Positions 46,947 to 57,545 of a DNA stretch of 64,000 bases are shown piece after piece; positions within the stretch are counted from its first letter, which is position 1, and each line of letters starts with the position of its first letter. The stretch covers positions 79,480 through 143,479 of the forward strand of contig JBGASG010000011.1 in the NCBI GenBank assembly GCA_044229845.1, in the 5' to 3' direction. The DNA is from Candidatus Obscuribacteraceae bacterium (GTDB taxonomy: Bacteria > Cyanobacteriota > Vampirovibrionia > Obscuribacterales > Obscuribacteraceae). The notes below the pieces were generated by a model. It worked only from the letters and a program-made list of their open reading frames with translations. It had not been told where the DNA came from and did not search any database. The position numbers were made by a program, and so were the translations under genes.

Positions 46947-47678
46947 CTACTCTTGCGCATCATTCTTTAGGCTGATCTCCTCCGACCTCGCTGGTGACTG
47001 CAACTGCTGCAAATGCTTGACGAACCAAGCAGCGGCCATCTCTCCCACAAATTCCAGTCCCTCGGAATCCGCCAGGATATCTGACATCCGATCAAATGTC
47101 CGCAAACCTTTCTCACAGGACAGAGAAGCTAGTACCTTTTCACTGGTTTCGCAGTTCGAATCATTTTGGCTTAGCAATAACAGGGTAGGAGCCTTGATGA
47201 ACGGCCACGTGGCCTCCGTCTCCTCTAAGCACCCGCTCCGCGCGACTACCGCCTTAACCACATCAGGCAGCCGTGCAGCCGCAACAAACGCAGCCGCCGC
47301 GCCCTTATCGTCTCCGAAAAGTCCCAGTGGTAGAGAACGCAAGTGGCGTTGCTCTTCCAGCCAGATGATTGCGCTCACCAGACGATCGCCCAGCATCACC
47401 GTGTCGCGGCGCAAGTCCCCTGTTTTCTCATCGTAGTCAGCCTCTTCGTCGGTCAATAAATCAAAAAGCAAAGTGCCGACTTTGTATTTGTTGAGCACAC
47501 TCGCCAGGTGAACATTGTCTTTTCCGCAAACTCCACTACCGTGAGCAAAGATGACGAGACACTTTGCACCTTGCGGGATAGAAAGCATTCCGCTCACTGT
47601 AACATTCCATGCCAGTTTGACGAGGACGGGCTCACCCGGTCCCAGAGTGGTTGGCTGCGGTAGTACTCTGCGCTCCAT
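46947..47678 (-). CDS. Dienelactone-hydrolase-like alpha/beta hydrolase (degenerate nucleophile)
   Basis: LVIFAHGSG, TLLFDLLT.EE and APTLLL motifs; GLFGDDKG in place of G.FGASTG. Confidence 0.75.
   Translation of the reverse strand: MERRVLPQPTTLGPGEPVLVKLAWNVTVSGMLSIPQGAKCLVIFAHGSGVCGKDNVHLASVLNKYKVGTLLFDLLTDEEADYDEKTGDLRRDTVMLGDRLVSAIIWLEEQRHLRSLPLGLFGDDKGAAAAFVAAARLPDVVKAVVARSGCLEETEATWPFIKAPTLLLLSQNDSNCETSEKVLASLSCEKGLRTFDRMSDILADSEGLEFVGEMAAAWFVKHLQQLQSPARSEEISLKNDAQE
46959..46976. promoter_or_regulatory. 7-4-7 box ATCATTC-TTTA-GGCTGAT inside a CDS 3' end
   Basis: Box centre lies 30.5 bp from TAGTAT. Confidence 0.6.
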
Positions 47679-47754
47679 ACGTCCGTCTCCTTGTGGCTTC
47701 ACTTTGCCAGTGCCGGACACGCCGTAAAGTAATCAGCGACACCGACATGCGCCT

Positions 47755-47799
47755 ATCGTACACATGGTTGACACGCGGTGCATGACCCTTTAGGACGAT
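47755..47799. promoter_or_regulatory. Tandem 7-4-7 boxes ATCGTAC-ACAT-GGTTGAC and ATGACCC-TTTA-GGACGAT
   Basis: Sites at 47755-72 and 47782-99; TACTTT (47731-26) starts 32.5 bp from the proximal centre. Confidence 0.6.
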
Positions 47800-48335
47800 T
47801 ACGGGGATGGTTCGTCGTCACCTGGAAGTTCTGCTCGAATGCCGAGATGAGAAAAATCGGACGCCTTAATGTTTTGAACAAAATCGCGAAAATCGGGAGG
47901 TGGTGTCATATCCAGTACCGGAAAACTTTCCTCCGTTTCAGCACCTTTAATCAAAAGGTCGTCGGCAACATAGATGGGAACCTCAGCAGCAAGTGCCAGC
48001 GCAAAAGCGTCCGAGGGACGAGCATCGAGTTCGATGGGCGCGCTGCGCGGGTCGCCCGCACTCAAGAAGACAGTGGCATAGTAGAGTCTGTTTTTTGAAT
48101 GCGTGACCGCTACTTTCTCCACTTTATAGTTCAATTGGTTGATGGCATCCAATAAAAGATCGTGAGACAGAGGTCTGCTCGCGCTTTTCTTCGAAAGCAA
48201 CCTGCTGATCAAGACTCCCTCTTGCATGCCTACCCAGATAGGCAGCGAAGCTTCCTCTTGCAGATTGCGCAAGATCACCACTGACAAACCGGAGTGAGTG
48301 TCGATGCCAACGTCGGTTAATTCCATCTGCAACAT
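47799..48335 (-). CDS. Bifunctional nuclease (DUF151) family protein
   Basis: LPIWVG..E, RPLSHDL and DARPSDA.ALA motifs. Confidence 0.9.
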   Translation of the reverse strand: MLQMELTDVGIDTHSGLSVVILRNLQEEASLPIWVGMQEGVLISRLLSKKSASRPLSHDLLLDAINQLNYKVEKVAVTHSKNRLYYATVFLSAGDPRSAPIELDARPSDAFALALAAEVPIYVADDLLIKGAETEESFPVLDMTPPPDFRDFVQNIKASDFSHLGIRAELPGDDEPSP

Positions 48336-48410
48336 GAGGTTAGGCCGCTGAGAGCGACTAGCAATAAAGATATTCAATGCTTTTGTAGCATAAACGCACA
48401 CAAAGCCGCA

Positions 48411-48438
48411 TATAAAAGCGGCAGCCGAAAGCTGCCGC
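48411..48438 (-). terminator. Intrinsic terminator
   Basis: GCGGCAGC-N5-GCTGCCGC followed by TTTTATA on the minus strand. Confidence 0.7.
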
Positions 48439-48495
48439 CGTACATACCCGAATTTCTTGCTGCATTATTCTACGCGTCTGAGGAACGCGGACGAA

Positions 48496-49446
48496 TCAGT
48501 CCAAAGACTGATTCTCAGGCGAATGTTGATGGGCGGCGCGGCTGACATCGTCTTTCGATGGCTTGCCCAACTTGAGGGAGAGCAAAATTGAATCCGCCCT
48601 GACACCGTATTTTTTGCGCACACCTTTTTCAAAGATTTGCCACGCGCGTACAGTGTCTTTGACAGCCAAGTCTTTGGCTAGCTGGTGATAGGTGAGCCGA
48701 TACCGCGTTGAGACAACACTGCCTTCCAGAGTTCTGGCGTTGTCTTTGTTGAGCTCTAGATAACAAAGCGAAACCCGAGCAACGGCATAGCTCAAAACAG
48801 TAGATTCCGGACAGTTGAACAGAGACCGCGTGCCAAACTCCTGTTCGGAATGAAACACGAGCGCCGGGTGCCGTCGAGACAATGACTGCACGACCTGCGG
48901 ACGCGTTTCAAGCGCTTCTTGCTGCAATAGTCCTTCGTAGTAATAGTAACAAGTACTCAGTCTTTCCGGTGGGTTAGACCAGTCAACTATCTCCAACGGT
49001 TTATCTTCAGACAATAACAGCTCCAGATAATTCGAGTGCGAATAAAAATCCTGCACAGCATGAAAGGTACGCCCCAAAGCCTGAAGCGTCTGTTTACAGG
49101 CCCCGCCTTTGCGATCGCATTCGTCGGCATCCCCAATAGCTTGCGAGAGATTTGATTGAATGAAGGAGAAAGTAGATTTAGCTTGATTATTCAAAGCATG
49201 ACATTCAGGACGCATAAAGTTCGGAGAACCAGGCTGGTCTTGTGCGTCTGATCCATTGCCAATTTGCTCTAAAGCCGGTGGTGCAAATCCAAATTGCCTT
49301 AACGCGTTCCCGTTTATTTCTCTGTGTACTCGCCCCCCGAGTAAACGAAACGTCGAGAAAGCCTCAGCAGGGCGCAAGAATGCATGCAGAGAGAACCACA
49401 GCACCAGAGAGCCAGTCAGAACGGAAACTATTGTTCGTTGTAGCAC
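48496..49446 (-). CDS. Secreted HET-C / zinc phospholipase C-like protein
   Basis: Signal peptide (AEA-F), H.EI and LGRTFHAVQDFYSHSNY motif. Confidence 0.7.
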   Translation of the reverse strand: MLQRTIVSVLTGSLVLWFSLHAFLRPAEAFSTFRLLGGRVHREINGNALRQFGFAPPALEQIGNGSDAQDQPGSPNFMRPECHALNNQAKSTFSFIQSNLSQAIGDADECDRKGGACKQTLQALGRTFHAVQDFYSHSNYLELLLSEDKPLEIVDWSNPPERLSTCYYYYEGLLQQEALETRPQVVQSLSRRHPALVFHSEQEFGTRSLFNCPESTVLSYAVARVSLCYLELNKDNARTLEGSVVSTRYRLTYHQLAKDLAVKDTVRAWQIFEKGVRKKYGVRADSILLSLKLGKPSKDDVSRAAHQHSPENQSLD

Positions 49447-49527
49447 TATACTGCTCCGTCAGATCTGGTCCGCTAGAGCGCACCGGCTTTTGCTGCCGAC
49501 AGTATTGCAAATCAGCGGCCAACGCGC

Positions 49528-49545
49528 ATTCATCGCCCGGATGAT
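49528..49545. promoter_or_regulatory. 7-4-7 box ATTCATC-GCCC-GGATGAT
   Basis: In a divergent spacer; one perfect half-site. Confidence 0.5.
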
Positions 49546-49665
49546 TGTTTCTGCCATCGAGAGGTCCTGCTGATCCTTCTTCCGGTGTTGCTGCTCTCAG
49601 CTTCTGGGCCGAGGTAAGAAGCATACATTCGTGTGATATTGCATGTAGTACCGTGAGAAAGAATT

Positions 49666-50370
49666 ATGAGTTTGTCAGCGTTAGTATTATCTGCAGGAGC
49701 GATAGGTCTCTTCGGGTTGCCCGCGACGGTGATCCCGGAAATTCCCGTCATCGTGCCTCGCCCTCTTGGTGAGGTACGTCAGGTCGATGCAGCCAAGACT
49801 TTCGACCTGGAAAGAAAAGGAGACGAGGCGTATGCACGAAACGATCTCGTTCGAGCCGAGAGTTATTACGCACAGGCGAAAGCTGCAGCTCAAATGTACG
49901 GTCAAGCCAGACAGGCTGCCAGTTCATCAGCGAAGCTGGCTGTGATACTGGCAGAAAGTGGAAAGCTTTGGGAATCCAGACGGATGAGCGTGGAAGCTTT
50001 GAGTTATTACCATAAAGCTCATATTCTGGACATCAACCATGCCGCGCTGCTGCAAAATCTTGGTTGGGTCTCGAATAAGCTAGGCATGAAAGATGAGTCA
50101 AAACATTGGTATCGACAAGCGATCAAATACTACTCGGCAATTGATACGCGAACCTCACACTTGCTGTCGGCAATGTGTGCCCGGCGCTTCGCAAGGTTAT
50201 GCATCGAGACAGGGGACGCCAGAACGGCCGTGCACTACTACAAACAATGCGTGCCTCTATACGAACAGTATTGTCCAGATCCTGATCTGGTCGTGCTGGT
50301 TAGAGTTGAGTACGCTGCCGCACGTCAACTGATGCGACAGCAAGGACGGCTTCACGAGAGGAACAGATAA
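49666..50370 (+). CDS. TPR protein with N-terminal hydrophobic segment
   Basis: TPR helices ([14 protein letters not shown]); TAATG coupling to the USP gene. Confidence 0.75.
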   Translation: MSLSALVLSAGAIGLFGLPATVIPEIPVIVPRPLGEVRQVDAAKTFDLERKGDEAYARNDLVRAESYYAQAKAAAQMYGQARQAASSSAKLAVILAESGKLWESRRMSVEALSYYHKAHILDINHAALLQNLGWVSNKLGMKDESKHWYRQAIKYYSAIDTRTSHLLSAMCARRFARLCIETGDARTAVHYYKQCVPLYEQYCPDPDLVVLVRVEYAAARQLMRQQGRLHERNR

Positions 50371-50822
50371 TGCCGATCAGCAGAATTGTCGTGGCAATCG
50401 AAGACAGATTATTTGCCGCCGAAATCAAAGAATTTCTATTGACGCTTTCTTTAAGTGATGGAGCGGAAATCAAAGTTGTTCACGCAATCGAGCCGACGCT
50501 TGCCGTAGAGACATGGCCCAGCCAACAGTACCTGCAGGACTCCAGCGATCTGGTCACCTGGATGTGCGATTCTTTAAAGTCTGCATTGCAAACTCACGGG
50601 CGCGCAGTGCGAATCGAATCGGTAGTAGTGGAGACATTTGCCAAAGACGCCATCATCGATACTGCTCAAGACTGGCGCGCCGACTTGATTGTCGTCGGTT
50701 CGCATGGACGGCGTGGTCTGAGCCGTTTCTTGCTGGGCAGCGTTTCGCAGGCGGTGGTGGCTCATGCACCATGCTCGGTGGCAGTTATTCGCCGCCTCCA
50801 TGCCGACAAGTTCTCCGCCTAG
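50370..50822 (+). CDS. Universal stress protein
   Basis: [13 protein letters not shown]...LLGSVS..V..HAPCSV motif. Confidence 0.93.
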   Translation: MPISRIVVAIEDRLFAAEIKEFLLTLSLSDGAEIKVVHAIEPTLAVETWPSQQYLQDSSDLVTWMCDSLKSALQTHGRAVRIESVVVETFAKDAIIDTAQDWRADLIVVGSHGRRGLSRFLLGSVSQAVVAHAPCSVAVIRRLHADKFSA

Positions 50823-52369
50823 AGCACCGTGGTCGGGTCCTTTTCGGAGGCTTGCTCTGCTGCGGAGTTAGCAGGGGTGCTATTGAATCTAGCCTGGACC
50901 AGTCCCCAATCGATGGTCAGGGTCCCGCCCTGACTCTTGTATTGCTCTTCCCATTTCATCAGCAAATCGAGCGAGGCATGGTCGATATAAGAGACACGAG
51001 AGAAATCAACGTGGAGCTCAGCGTCGGTGGGCAGGGACTCGAGTTCGTCGGCCAGTTTAGGCAAGCTCAAGAACGTGGCTGCACCGACAAGCTTGAGCGT
51101 TATCTTGCCGTCGACAATTGTCTTTTTAATATCCAGCTTGCCGAAGACATAGAGAAGCTTGATGGCGCTCATGGTCACGCCAATAACAACACCCGTAAAC
51201 AGGTCGGTGACAAGAATAGCTACGGCTGTGACAGCAAAGATAAGCAACTCAGACCGGCCGACTTCAGCTATTCGCCTTGCCGCTCGGAAATCGATCAGTC
51301 TGTAACCAGTGTAAACAAGAACCGCAGCCAGAGCGGCCGACGGTATTTGTCGAAGGACAAACGGAAAAAGGACGGTAAAGACTAGAAGCCAGGCACCATG
51401 CAGAACCGTCGAGGCTTTCGTTTTAGCACCAGCCTTTACGTTTACGGAGCTTCGAACGATGACGCCGGTCACCGGCAGCGCATTAACAATTCCGCAGATG
51501 GTGTTGCCAACGCCCTGGGCGATCAACTCCCGATCATAGTTGCTTCTATGATTCGGCAACATGCGATCTATTGCGTTAGCAGTGAGCAGGGTCTCGGCAC
51601 TTCCGACAAGAGCGATGGTGAGCGCCTGCTGAAGCGGTAACAGCCAGCCCGCTGTTGCAAACACCGAGAAGTCGGCGAAGGCAAACGCTGAAAGAAGGTT
51701 CTCTGGCAATTGAACCCGATTGACTTCAAGATGCATACAACAGGCAACGGCGGTGGAGATTATCACTGCCAGAAGTGTGGGTGGAATCGCCCCGCGCAGT
51801 TTTTCAATAGGACATTTTTCCCATACGACAACTATCAAAATAGTAAGAAGTCCGATCAGCGCTGCAGTTTCGTGAGAGCCATCGTCGAAAGTGATGACTT
51901 TCCATAGCAATTGCGGAATGCCGAGAAGATTCTCCAGTCCATTACCTTTGGGTTTGTCATCGAGCATCACATGGAACTGACTGACCAGAATAAGCAGTCC
52001 GATCCCTGAGAGCATTCCCTGGACGACTGCAGGAGAGAGCGCCCGAAATATGCGCCCCCAGCGCAAAGCACCAAATACGATCTGCAAAATGCCGGCCAGA
52101 AGTACAATCACCCCCAGCGCAGCTGGTCCGAATCTGTGTACGGTTTCAAAGACTAAAAGAGCGAGACTGACTGTGGGACCGCTGACTTGAAAGGGCGAGC
52201 CGGAGATGGCACCGACGACCAGTCCGCCAATAATTCCTGTCAGCAACCCGGAGGCGGGAGGCATGCCGGAGGCGATTGCCACACCCATACACAAGGGGAG
52301 CGCGACAAGAAACACCACAAGCGAAGCGACTAAGTCCTGACGCAGGTATTCCCGTTTCAAGTCAATCAT
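50819..52369 (-). CDS. SulP/SLC26 anion transporter with STAS-like domain
   Basis: [23 protein letters not shown] and [10 protein letters not shown]...LP.TGVIVRS motifs. Confidence 0.92.
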   Translation of the reverse strand: MIDLKREYLRQDLVASLVVFLVALPLCMGVAIASGMPPASGLLTGIIGGLVVGAISGSPFQVSGPTVSLALLVFETVHRFGPAALGVIVLLAGILQIVFGALRWGRIFRALSPAVVQGMLSGIGLLILVSQFHVMLDDKPKGNGLENLLGIPQLLWKVITFDDGSHETAALIGLLTILIVVVWEKCPIEKLRGAIPPTLLAVIISTAVACCMHLEVNRVQLPENLLSAFAFADFSVFATAGWLLPLQQALTIALVGSAETLLTANAIDRMLPNHRSNYDRELIAQGVGNTICGIVNALPVTGVIVRSSVNVKAGAKTKASTVLHGAWLLVFTVLFPFVLRQIPSAALAAVLVYTGYRLIDFRAARRIAEVGRSELLIFAVTAVAILVTDLFTGVVIGVTMSAIKLLYVFGKLDIKKTIVDGKITLKLVGAATFLSLPKLADELESLPTDAELHVDFSRVSYIDHASLDLLMKWEEQYKSQGGTLTIDWGLVQARFNSTPANSAAEQASEKDPTTVL

Positions 52370-52653
52370 GGCTTATTCCTTGTGTAGTAAGAAACGCCAG
52401 GATCAAAATTCTGATGCTGTATCCCACCTGGCCTGAATGAATTAGTAATGCAGGACAGAGCAGGTTTCCATAACCTCAATCATTCGTTAATGGACGCTCA
52501 CGGCAAAGAAATTACGCAATGATTAAGAACCGGAAGTTTCGCTGTGTGCGCATTACATCTTCAGGTAGAAACAGGACCGACCTACTCGCAGAGAGAAAGT
52601 TTTCTTTGCACATTTAAGTTGGCACAGTTATTCAATTTGGTTTGGAGGATGTT

Positions 52654-53319
52654 ATGACCATTAGGCGGAAAGTCTTGGGAACAGCAGTCGCAGCTGCTCT
52701 TATGTCGAGCACCATTCAGTTACCAAGCCTTGCTGAAAACAGTTCGAACACCTGCTCGGAGAAAAAAACTGAAGTGAATACGGCGATGATGCGCGATCTG
52801 GAGCGCAAATACTGTGACTTGAAGAAACAAGTCGATAGGCTGATCGAACCTTCGGCTGGCTTGGCATTTCCATTCTTAGTGGAGCCTCTCGGTTGGGACA
52901 CTATGTTCGCCGGACTCGATGCTTTCAGCAAAAAGATGGATCAACTGGCGGGCCATTCATTGTTGCTCGATACGCACTGGGGAGGCTATCTGCCCCATAT
53001 GGAAACGAGCGAAACGGAGAAGCATCTGAAGATCACAGCTGAAGTTCCGGGTGTCGACGAGAACCATCTCGATGTTTCGGTAAGAGGAGACACGATCACG
53101 ATAAAGGGTCAAAAAAAAGAGTCAACCGAAGCCAGAGATCAAGACAAGCTTGCTGCGGAAAGCCGCTGTTGCACATTTGAACGCACCATGAAACTGTCTT
53201 ACCAGGTGGACAGCAAGAACGCCGAGGCGGTCTTGAAGAACGGCATCCTCACAATCACTGTTCCCAAATTACCGCAGCAGGAAGCCGAGGGCAAAAAGAT
53301 TGCCACACGGCGGGAGTAA
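52654..53319 (+). CDS. Hsp20 family protein with N-terminal signal peptide
   Basis: MTIRRKVLGTAVAAALMSSTIQLPSLA-E leader; AEVPGV and NGILTITVPK motifs; GGAGG SD. Confidence 0.85.
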   Translation: MTIRRKVLGTAVAAALMSSTIQLPSLAENSSNTCSEKKTEVNTAMMRDLERKYCDLKKQVDRLIEPSAGLAFPFLVEPLGWDTMFAGLDAFSKKMDQLAGHSLLLDTHWGGYLPHMETSETEKHLKITAEVPGVDENHLDVSVRGDTITIKGQKKESTEARDQDKLAAESRCCTFERTMKLSYQVDSKNAEAVLKNGILTITVPKLPQQEAEGKKIATRRE

Positions 53320-53321
53320 CA

Positions 53322-53696
53322 ATGGCTGCTAGGCTTATCCGCATGTGGTTTGAGAAGTTGTGCCAGTTCCAAACTGGCGCTATCTTACCCCTTGTTTTAT
53401 GCGGAGCAGTGCTGGGTGCAGCAATTGCTATGTGCGTACAGGAGCCGCCGGCGGCTGGCAGCCCGAACGTCCAGGTCTCCTCTGGACAGGTCCTTGCGGC
53501 TTGTCAGCCAGGTATACCGGCGGCTTCTACAGCACCATTGCCGGAGCAATCAGTGGAGCTTCTCGCTCAGTGCCCAAGTGCAGCCAGACGCAGTTTTCAG
53601 ACCGTTTTCGCAGAGAAAAATCCGAACGCGTATAAAATTCTGGAGCCAGATTGGGGTGGAACTACTTATCGTCTCAAGACCATCGTCAATCAGTGA
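53322..53696 (+). CDS. Hypothetical membrane-anchored protein
   Basis: Begins 2 nt after the hsp20 stop with a GGAG SD; one hydrophobic helix. Confidence 0.5.
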   Translation: MAARLIRMWFEKLCQFQTGAILPLVLCGAVLGAAIAMCVQEPPAAGSPNVQVSSGQVLAACQPGIPAASTAPLPEQSVELLAQCPSAARRSFQTVFAEKNPNAYKILEPDWGGTTYRLKTIVNQ

Positions 53697-53878
53697 AGAC
53701 TGATTCCCAGTGACATTCCTGAAGTTGAAAGTTTCATTAGCGCCGATGGAAAATCCGGTGCTTTTTTGGTAGAAAAATATAGGTTCTTCCGTTCGGGCTT
53801 TGAGGAATGGAAGACTTCGAGTAAACAATAAACGACCTCATTAACGTAGTTTGATTGTCAAAGTAGGAGGTGACTATC

Positions 53879-54811
53879 ATGCGCTACGCCGATGATATCG
53901 ATTTGGGAGGCGGAATCGGCCTCATTGACGAAGAAGTTATATTCCCGGAAACGGTGAAAGATGCAGGCAATGCAAATAATGCGGATAACGAAGCCATTGA
54001 TGCCTATCTGCGCCTTATAAGGAAGCACAAACTCCTCAGTAAAGATGAAGAGCTGAAGCTCGCTGGCGCTGCCAGGGATGGAGATAGCGCTGCCGTCTTG
54101 GAACTGGTGCGGCGCAACTTGAGACTGGTCGTAAGCATTGCCAAGCAATACAAAAATTACGGTCTTAGCCTGGAGGATCTGATTCAGGAAGGCAATCTGG
54201 GTCTGATGCGGGCAGCGCAAAAATTCGATCCGGAGAGAGGCTGCCGATTCTCTACTTATGCAACGTTCTGGATACGTCAGAGCGTCATCAAAGCAATTGG
54301 TGACAAGGTTCGCCTAATAAGAATGCCTGGTCACGTTGAGCAGGAATGGCGCAAGCTGCAAAAGGCGATGAACAATCTGCATGCCAGCCTCGAGCGCTCG
54401 CCGACGGACGAAGAGTTGAGCAATTGCTGCAACATGCCGTTGGAGAGGGTGGAATATGTATTGAACGCTTATAAGCAGTGCATCTCGCTCGATGCCCCGC
54501 TTGGCGATGAGATCGATGCTACTGTTGCAGATGGTGTTGCAGACGGTGGCAAGAGCGTCGACGAAGAAGTAGCAGAGCTCCTTCTGAGCGTTGATGTCGG
54601 AAAGCTTCTGAACCGTCTAAACTTACGAGAAAGAGAGGTGATAAAGCTGCGCTACGGGCTCGGCAATCACAACCGATGCTTGCCTATAGATGAGATCGCA
54701 AAATTATTGGGTATCTCAGCTGACCGAGTCAAGCATCTACAATCAAGAGCGTTGCGCAAAATGCGAAGGCTCGGTGAGGAGCTACAGCTCGACGAATATC
54801 TAGTGAGCTGA
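53879..54811 (+). CDS. Sigma-70 family factor (RpoD/RpoS-like, lacking region 1.1)
   Basis: NLRLVVSIAKQY, DLIQEGNLGL and FSTYATFWIRQ motifs; region 4 HTH; AGGAGG SD. Confidence 0.92.
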   Translation: MRYADDIDLGGGIGLIDEEVIFPETVKDAGNANNADNEAIDAYLRLIRKHKLLSKDEELKLAGAARDGDSAAVLELVRRNLRLVVSIAKQYKNYGLSLEDLIQEGNLGLMRAAQKFDPERGCRFSTYATFWIRQSVIKAIGDKVRLIRMPGHVEQEWRKLQKAMNNLHASLERSPTDEELSNCCNMPLERVEYVLNAYKQCISLDAPLGDEIDATVADGVADGGKSVDEEVAELLLSVDVGKLLNRLNLREREVIKLRYGLGNHNRCLPIDEIAKLLGISADRVKHLQSRALRKMRRLGEELQLDEYLVS

Positions 54812-54829
54812 GTGACATGTCCGAAGGAG

Positions 54830-54856
54830 AAGAGGCAGTCCTATCGCCTGCCTCTT
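54830..54856. terminator. Hairpin after the sigma gene
   Basis: AAGAGGCAG-N9-CTGCCTCTT. Confidence 0.5.
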
Positions 54857-54872
54857 AGTAGGTTGAACTAAA

Positions 54873-56193
54873 GGATCTGTCAATCGATTTGTGTCAAAGG
54901 TTGAGTCACGGCGCGATCCTTCCTGCGAACTCTATTGAAAATTGATTCATTGCTGCGCCCCAGTCCCGCAGCGGCATGGTCCATTTCTTCGCGATGTTCT
55001 GTGCGGCCAGGTACATGACTTTGAACACGGCTTCGTCCGTCGGGAAAATTCGGTGGTTGCGGCTCGCCTTGCGTAGCGTCATGTTCACTGACTCTACGGC
55101 GTTGGTAGTGTAGATGACCTTGCGGATGTCGTGCGGAAAAGCAAACATCGGAATTATCTTTGCCCAGTGTTCGCGCCAGGACTTGCTGACGGTCGGATAC
55201 TTGTGGTCCCATTTTGCCGCGACTGCATCGAGGTTCGTGGCAGCCTCCGTTTCCGTGGCTGCGCGGTAGATCGATTTGAGGTCTGCAGCCATTGCCTTGC
55301 GATCCTTCCAAGACACGTACTTCAGCGAATTGCGCACCATGTGGACGATGCACAACTGCACCCAGGTTTTCGGGAACGCCGTTTGAATTGCGTCATCCAA
55401 GCCGGTGAGCCCGTCTACGCAGGCGATTAGGATGTCTTGGACGCCGCGGTTCTTCAGTTCCGTCAGAATGCCGAGCCAGAACTTGGCTCCCTCATTCTGC
55501 GAGATCCAGATCCCGAGTAGCTCTTTCTGTCCGTTGGTGTCCACAGCTAGTGCCAGATAAACGGCCTTATTGATCACACGCTGGTTCTCGCGAACCTTGA
55601 CCACGAGCGCGTCGAAAAACACGATCGGGTAGAGATTATCCAGAGGACGGCTTTGCCATGCTCTCACCTCTTCGAGAACGCCGTCGGTGACGTTCGAAAT
55701 GAGGGTCGGCGAAACATCGGCGCCGTATATTTCCTTGAGTTGCGCCTGAATATCTCGGACTGTCATTCCGCGTGCATACATCGCTAGGATCTTGTCGTCG
55801 AATCCCTCCAGCCGTGTCTGCCGCTTTGACACCACCTGCGGTTCGAAGTCGGCATTACGATCGCGCGGAACACCAAGAGTAATGTCGCCCTGCTCGGTGG
55901 TCAGCGTCTTCTTGCTGTACCCGTTGCGGCGATTCTCGCCGCCTTTGCCGGCGCGCTCGCCTTTCTCGTAGCCGAGGTGATCCTCCATCTCACCTTCCAG
56001 GCACCGTTCAACGATAGCCTTGGTGAGTTGTTTGAGAAGACCGCCCTCCGCTAGCAGCTCCTTTGGATGCTTGCCCTGTGCCAGATGCTCCTTAATGAGT
56101 TCGTCCAGCATGTCGGTACTTTTAGTCATGGTCAGGCTCCTTTCTAGTGAGCGCCTGGGCTCTGACCTTTGACACAGATTATTTTACAGTCTC
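54873..56193 (-). mobile_element. IS256-family element
   Basis: 28-bp imperfect terminal inverted repeats ending TGTGTCAAAGG; 8-bp TSD GAACTAAA (54865-72, 56194-201). Confidence 0.95.
54906..56129 (-). CDS. IS256 transposase
   Basis: RNGY, VPRDR, DGLTG, QLCIVH and YTTNAVES motifs. Confidence 0.95.
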   Translation of the reverse strand: MTKSTDMLDELIKEHLAQGKHPKELLAEGGLLKQLTKAIVERCLEGEMEDHLGYEKGERAGKGGENRRNGYSKKTLTTEQGDITLGVPRDRNADFEPQVVSKRQTRLEGFDDKILAMYARGMTVRDIQAQLKEIYGADVSPTLISNVTDGVLEEVRAWQSRPLDNLYPIVFFDALVVKVRENQRVINKAVYLALAVDTNGQKELLGIWISQNEGAKFWLGILTELKNRGVQDILIACVDGLTGLDDAIQTAFPKTWVQLCIVHMVRNSLKYVSWKDRKAMAADLKSIYRAATETEAATNLDAVAAKWDHKYPTVSKSWREHWAKIIPMFAFPHDIRKVIYTTNAVESVNMTLRKASRNHRIFPTDEAVFKVMYLAAQNIAKKWTMPLRDWGAAMNQFSIEFAGRIAP

Positions 56194-56211
56194 GAACTAA
56201 ACTCTGCAAAG

Positions 56212-57423
56212 TCATTGTTTGCCTCCGGTGCTGACGGGATAGTCACCGATCTTCACTGTCACCGCGGTCAGACCACCATTGCGCATAACCAGCAAGTTAA
56301 GCGAGTCCCCTGGCTTGTGCTTGCGCACGAGCTCCTGCACCTGCTTGCTTGCCTCCACCGGTTTTCCTTCGATTTTTTCTATAACGTCACCCTGCATCAT
56401 TCCGGCTTTGTCTGCCGGACCATCAGCAGATACACGCGCAACCAGAACGCCCTTGGACTTTTCAGGGAGCCCCAGCGATTTTCTTATGGGTTCGTCGAGA
56501 TCCTGCATATAAATACCAAGGTAAGCACGAGCAATTTTCCCGCCGTTTAAAAGCTGCTCGGCGACCTCCTGTGCGACATCAATAGGGATAGCAAAGCCGA
56601 CATTTTGAGCGTCACCCCTTATGGCAGTGTTGAGGCCGATTACCTCCCCTTTGATGTTCAGTAAAGGTCCGCCCGAGTTCCCAGGATTGATTGCAGCATC
56701 AGTCTGTATAAGCTCTACGTTGGTGCCCACCTCATTAAGTGACCGTCCAAGAGCGCTGATAATGCCAAAGGTAACTGTATGATCGAGTCCAAGGGGGCTT
56801 CCGATGGCAATCGCCCAGTCACCGGGCCGCAATGTTTTGCTGGAGCCGAAGCGTGCTGCCGGCAAATTGGTAGCATCGATTTTTATCAGTGCCAGGTCAG
56901 TGAAACTATCGCGACCGACTATCTTCCCTTTAAAAGTGCGTTTGTCATCCAGGGTTACGTTGATTTCGTCAGCCTGGACCACGTGGTTGTTGGTGAGGAT
57001 GTAGCCGTCTGCTCGATAGATGACACCGGAGCCAGTGCCCCGGCTCTCAAAATTATGAGGCATTGCCTTGCCCTGGAACTGCTGCATGTCCGGTCCAAAA
57101 AAGAATTCAAACTCTTTAAAAGGCAAGTTGAAATGAAACGGTGAATCCGGCACGCTGATACTCTTTTTTGTGTCTATATTGACCACGCTTTTGCTTGCCT
57201 GCGAAGCAACGTCAGCCACAGTGTTGGTGCCCAGAGCCTGTGGGCTGAGAGCTGGAAGTGTGACGACCGGTGGTCCAGCAGGTGCGGCACTATCTGCGTG
57301 ACTGGAAGCGGGCCAGAATTGATGTCCTGCCCAGAAAAACGCCAGCGCACAAAGAGCACCAGAAGTAGCCACCATCAATTTCGTCGAAGTAGGCTTAAAG
57401 TCGAACTTAGCTGGATCGCTCAT
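56212..57423 (-). CDS. HtrA/DegP-family serine protease with one PDZ domain
   Basis: GSGVI, TNNHV, DLALIK and DAAINPGNSGGPL motifs. Confidence 0.93.
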   Translation of the reverse strand: MSDPAKFDFKPTSTKLMVATSGALCALAFFWAGHQFWPASSHADSAAPAGPPVVTLPALSPQALGTNTVADVASQASKSVVNIDTKKSISVPDSPFHFNLPFKEFEFFFGPDMQQFQGKAMPHNFESRGTGSGVIYRADGYILTNNHVVQADEINVTLDDKRTFKGKIVGRDSFTDLALIKIDATNLPAARFGSSKTLRPGDWAIAIGSPLGLDHTVTFGIISALGRSLNEVGTNVELIQTDAAINPGNSGGPLLNIKGEVIGLNTAIRGDAQNVGFAIPIDVAQEVAEQLLNGGKIARAYLGIYMQDLDEPIRKSLGLPEKSKGVLVARVSADGPADKAGMMQGDVIEKIEGKPVEASKQVQELVRKHKPGDSLNLLVMRNGGLTAVTVKIGDYPVSTGGKQ

Positions 57424-57545
57424 GGCTGGCTCCTTATGCTGCAGCTATTCTATTTTCGAATTGAAACGAAAAACAATCCGGCATGGACATTTTTCAAGAA
57501 AATTTTTAGAGTCGCCCACGCAGCACAACTGAAGCCGTGAGAAAT

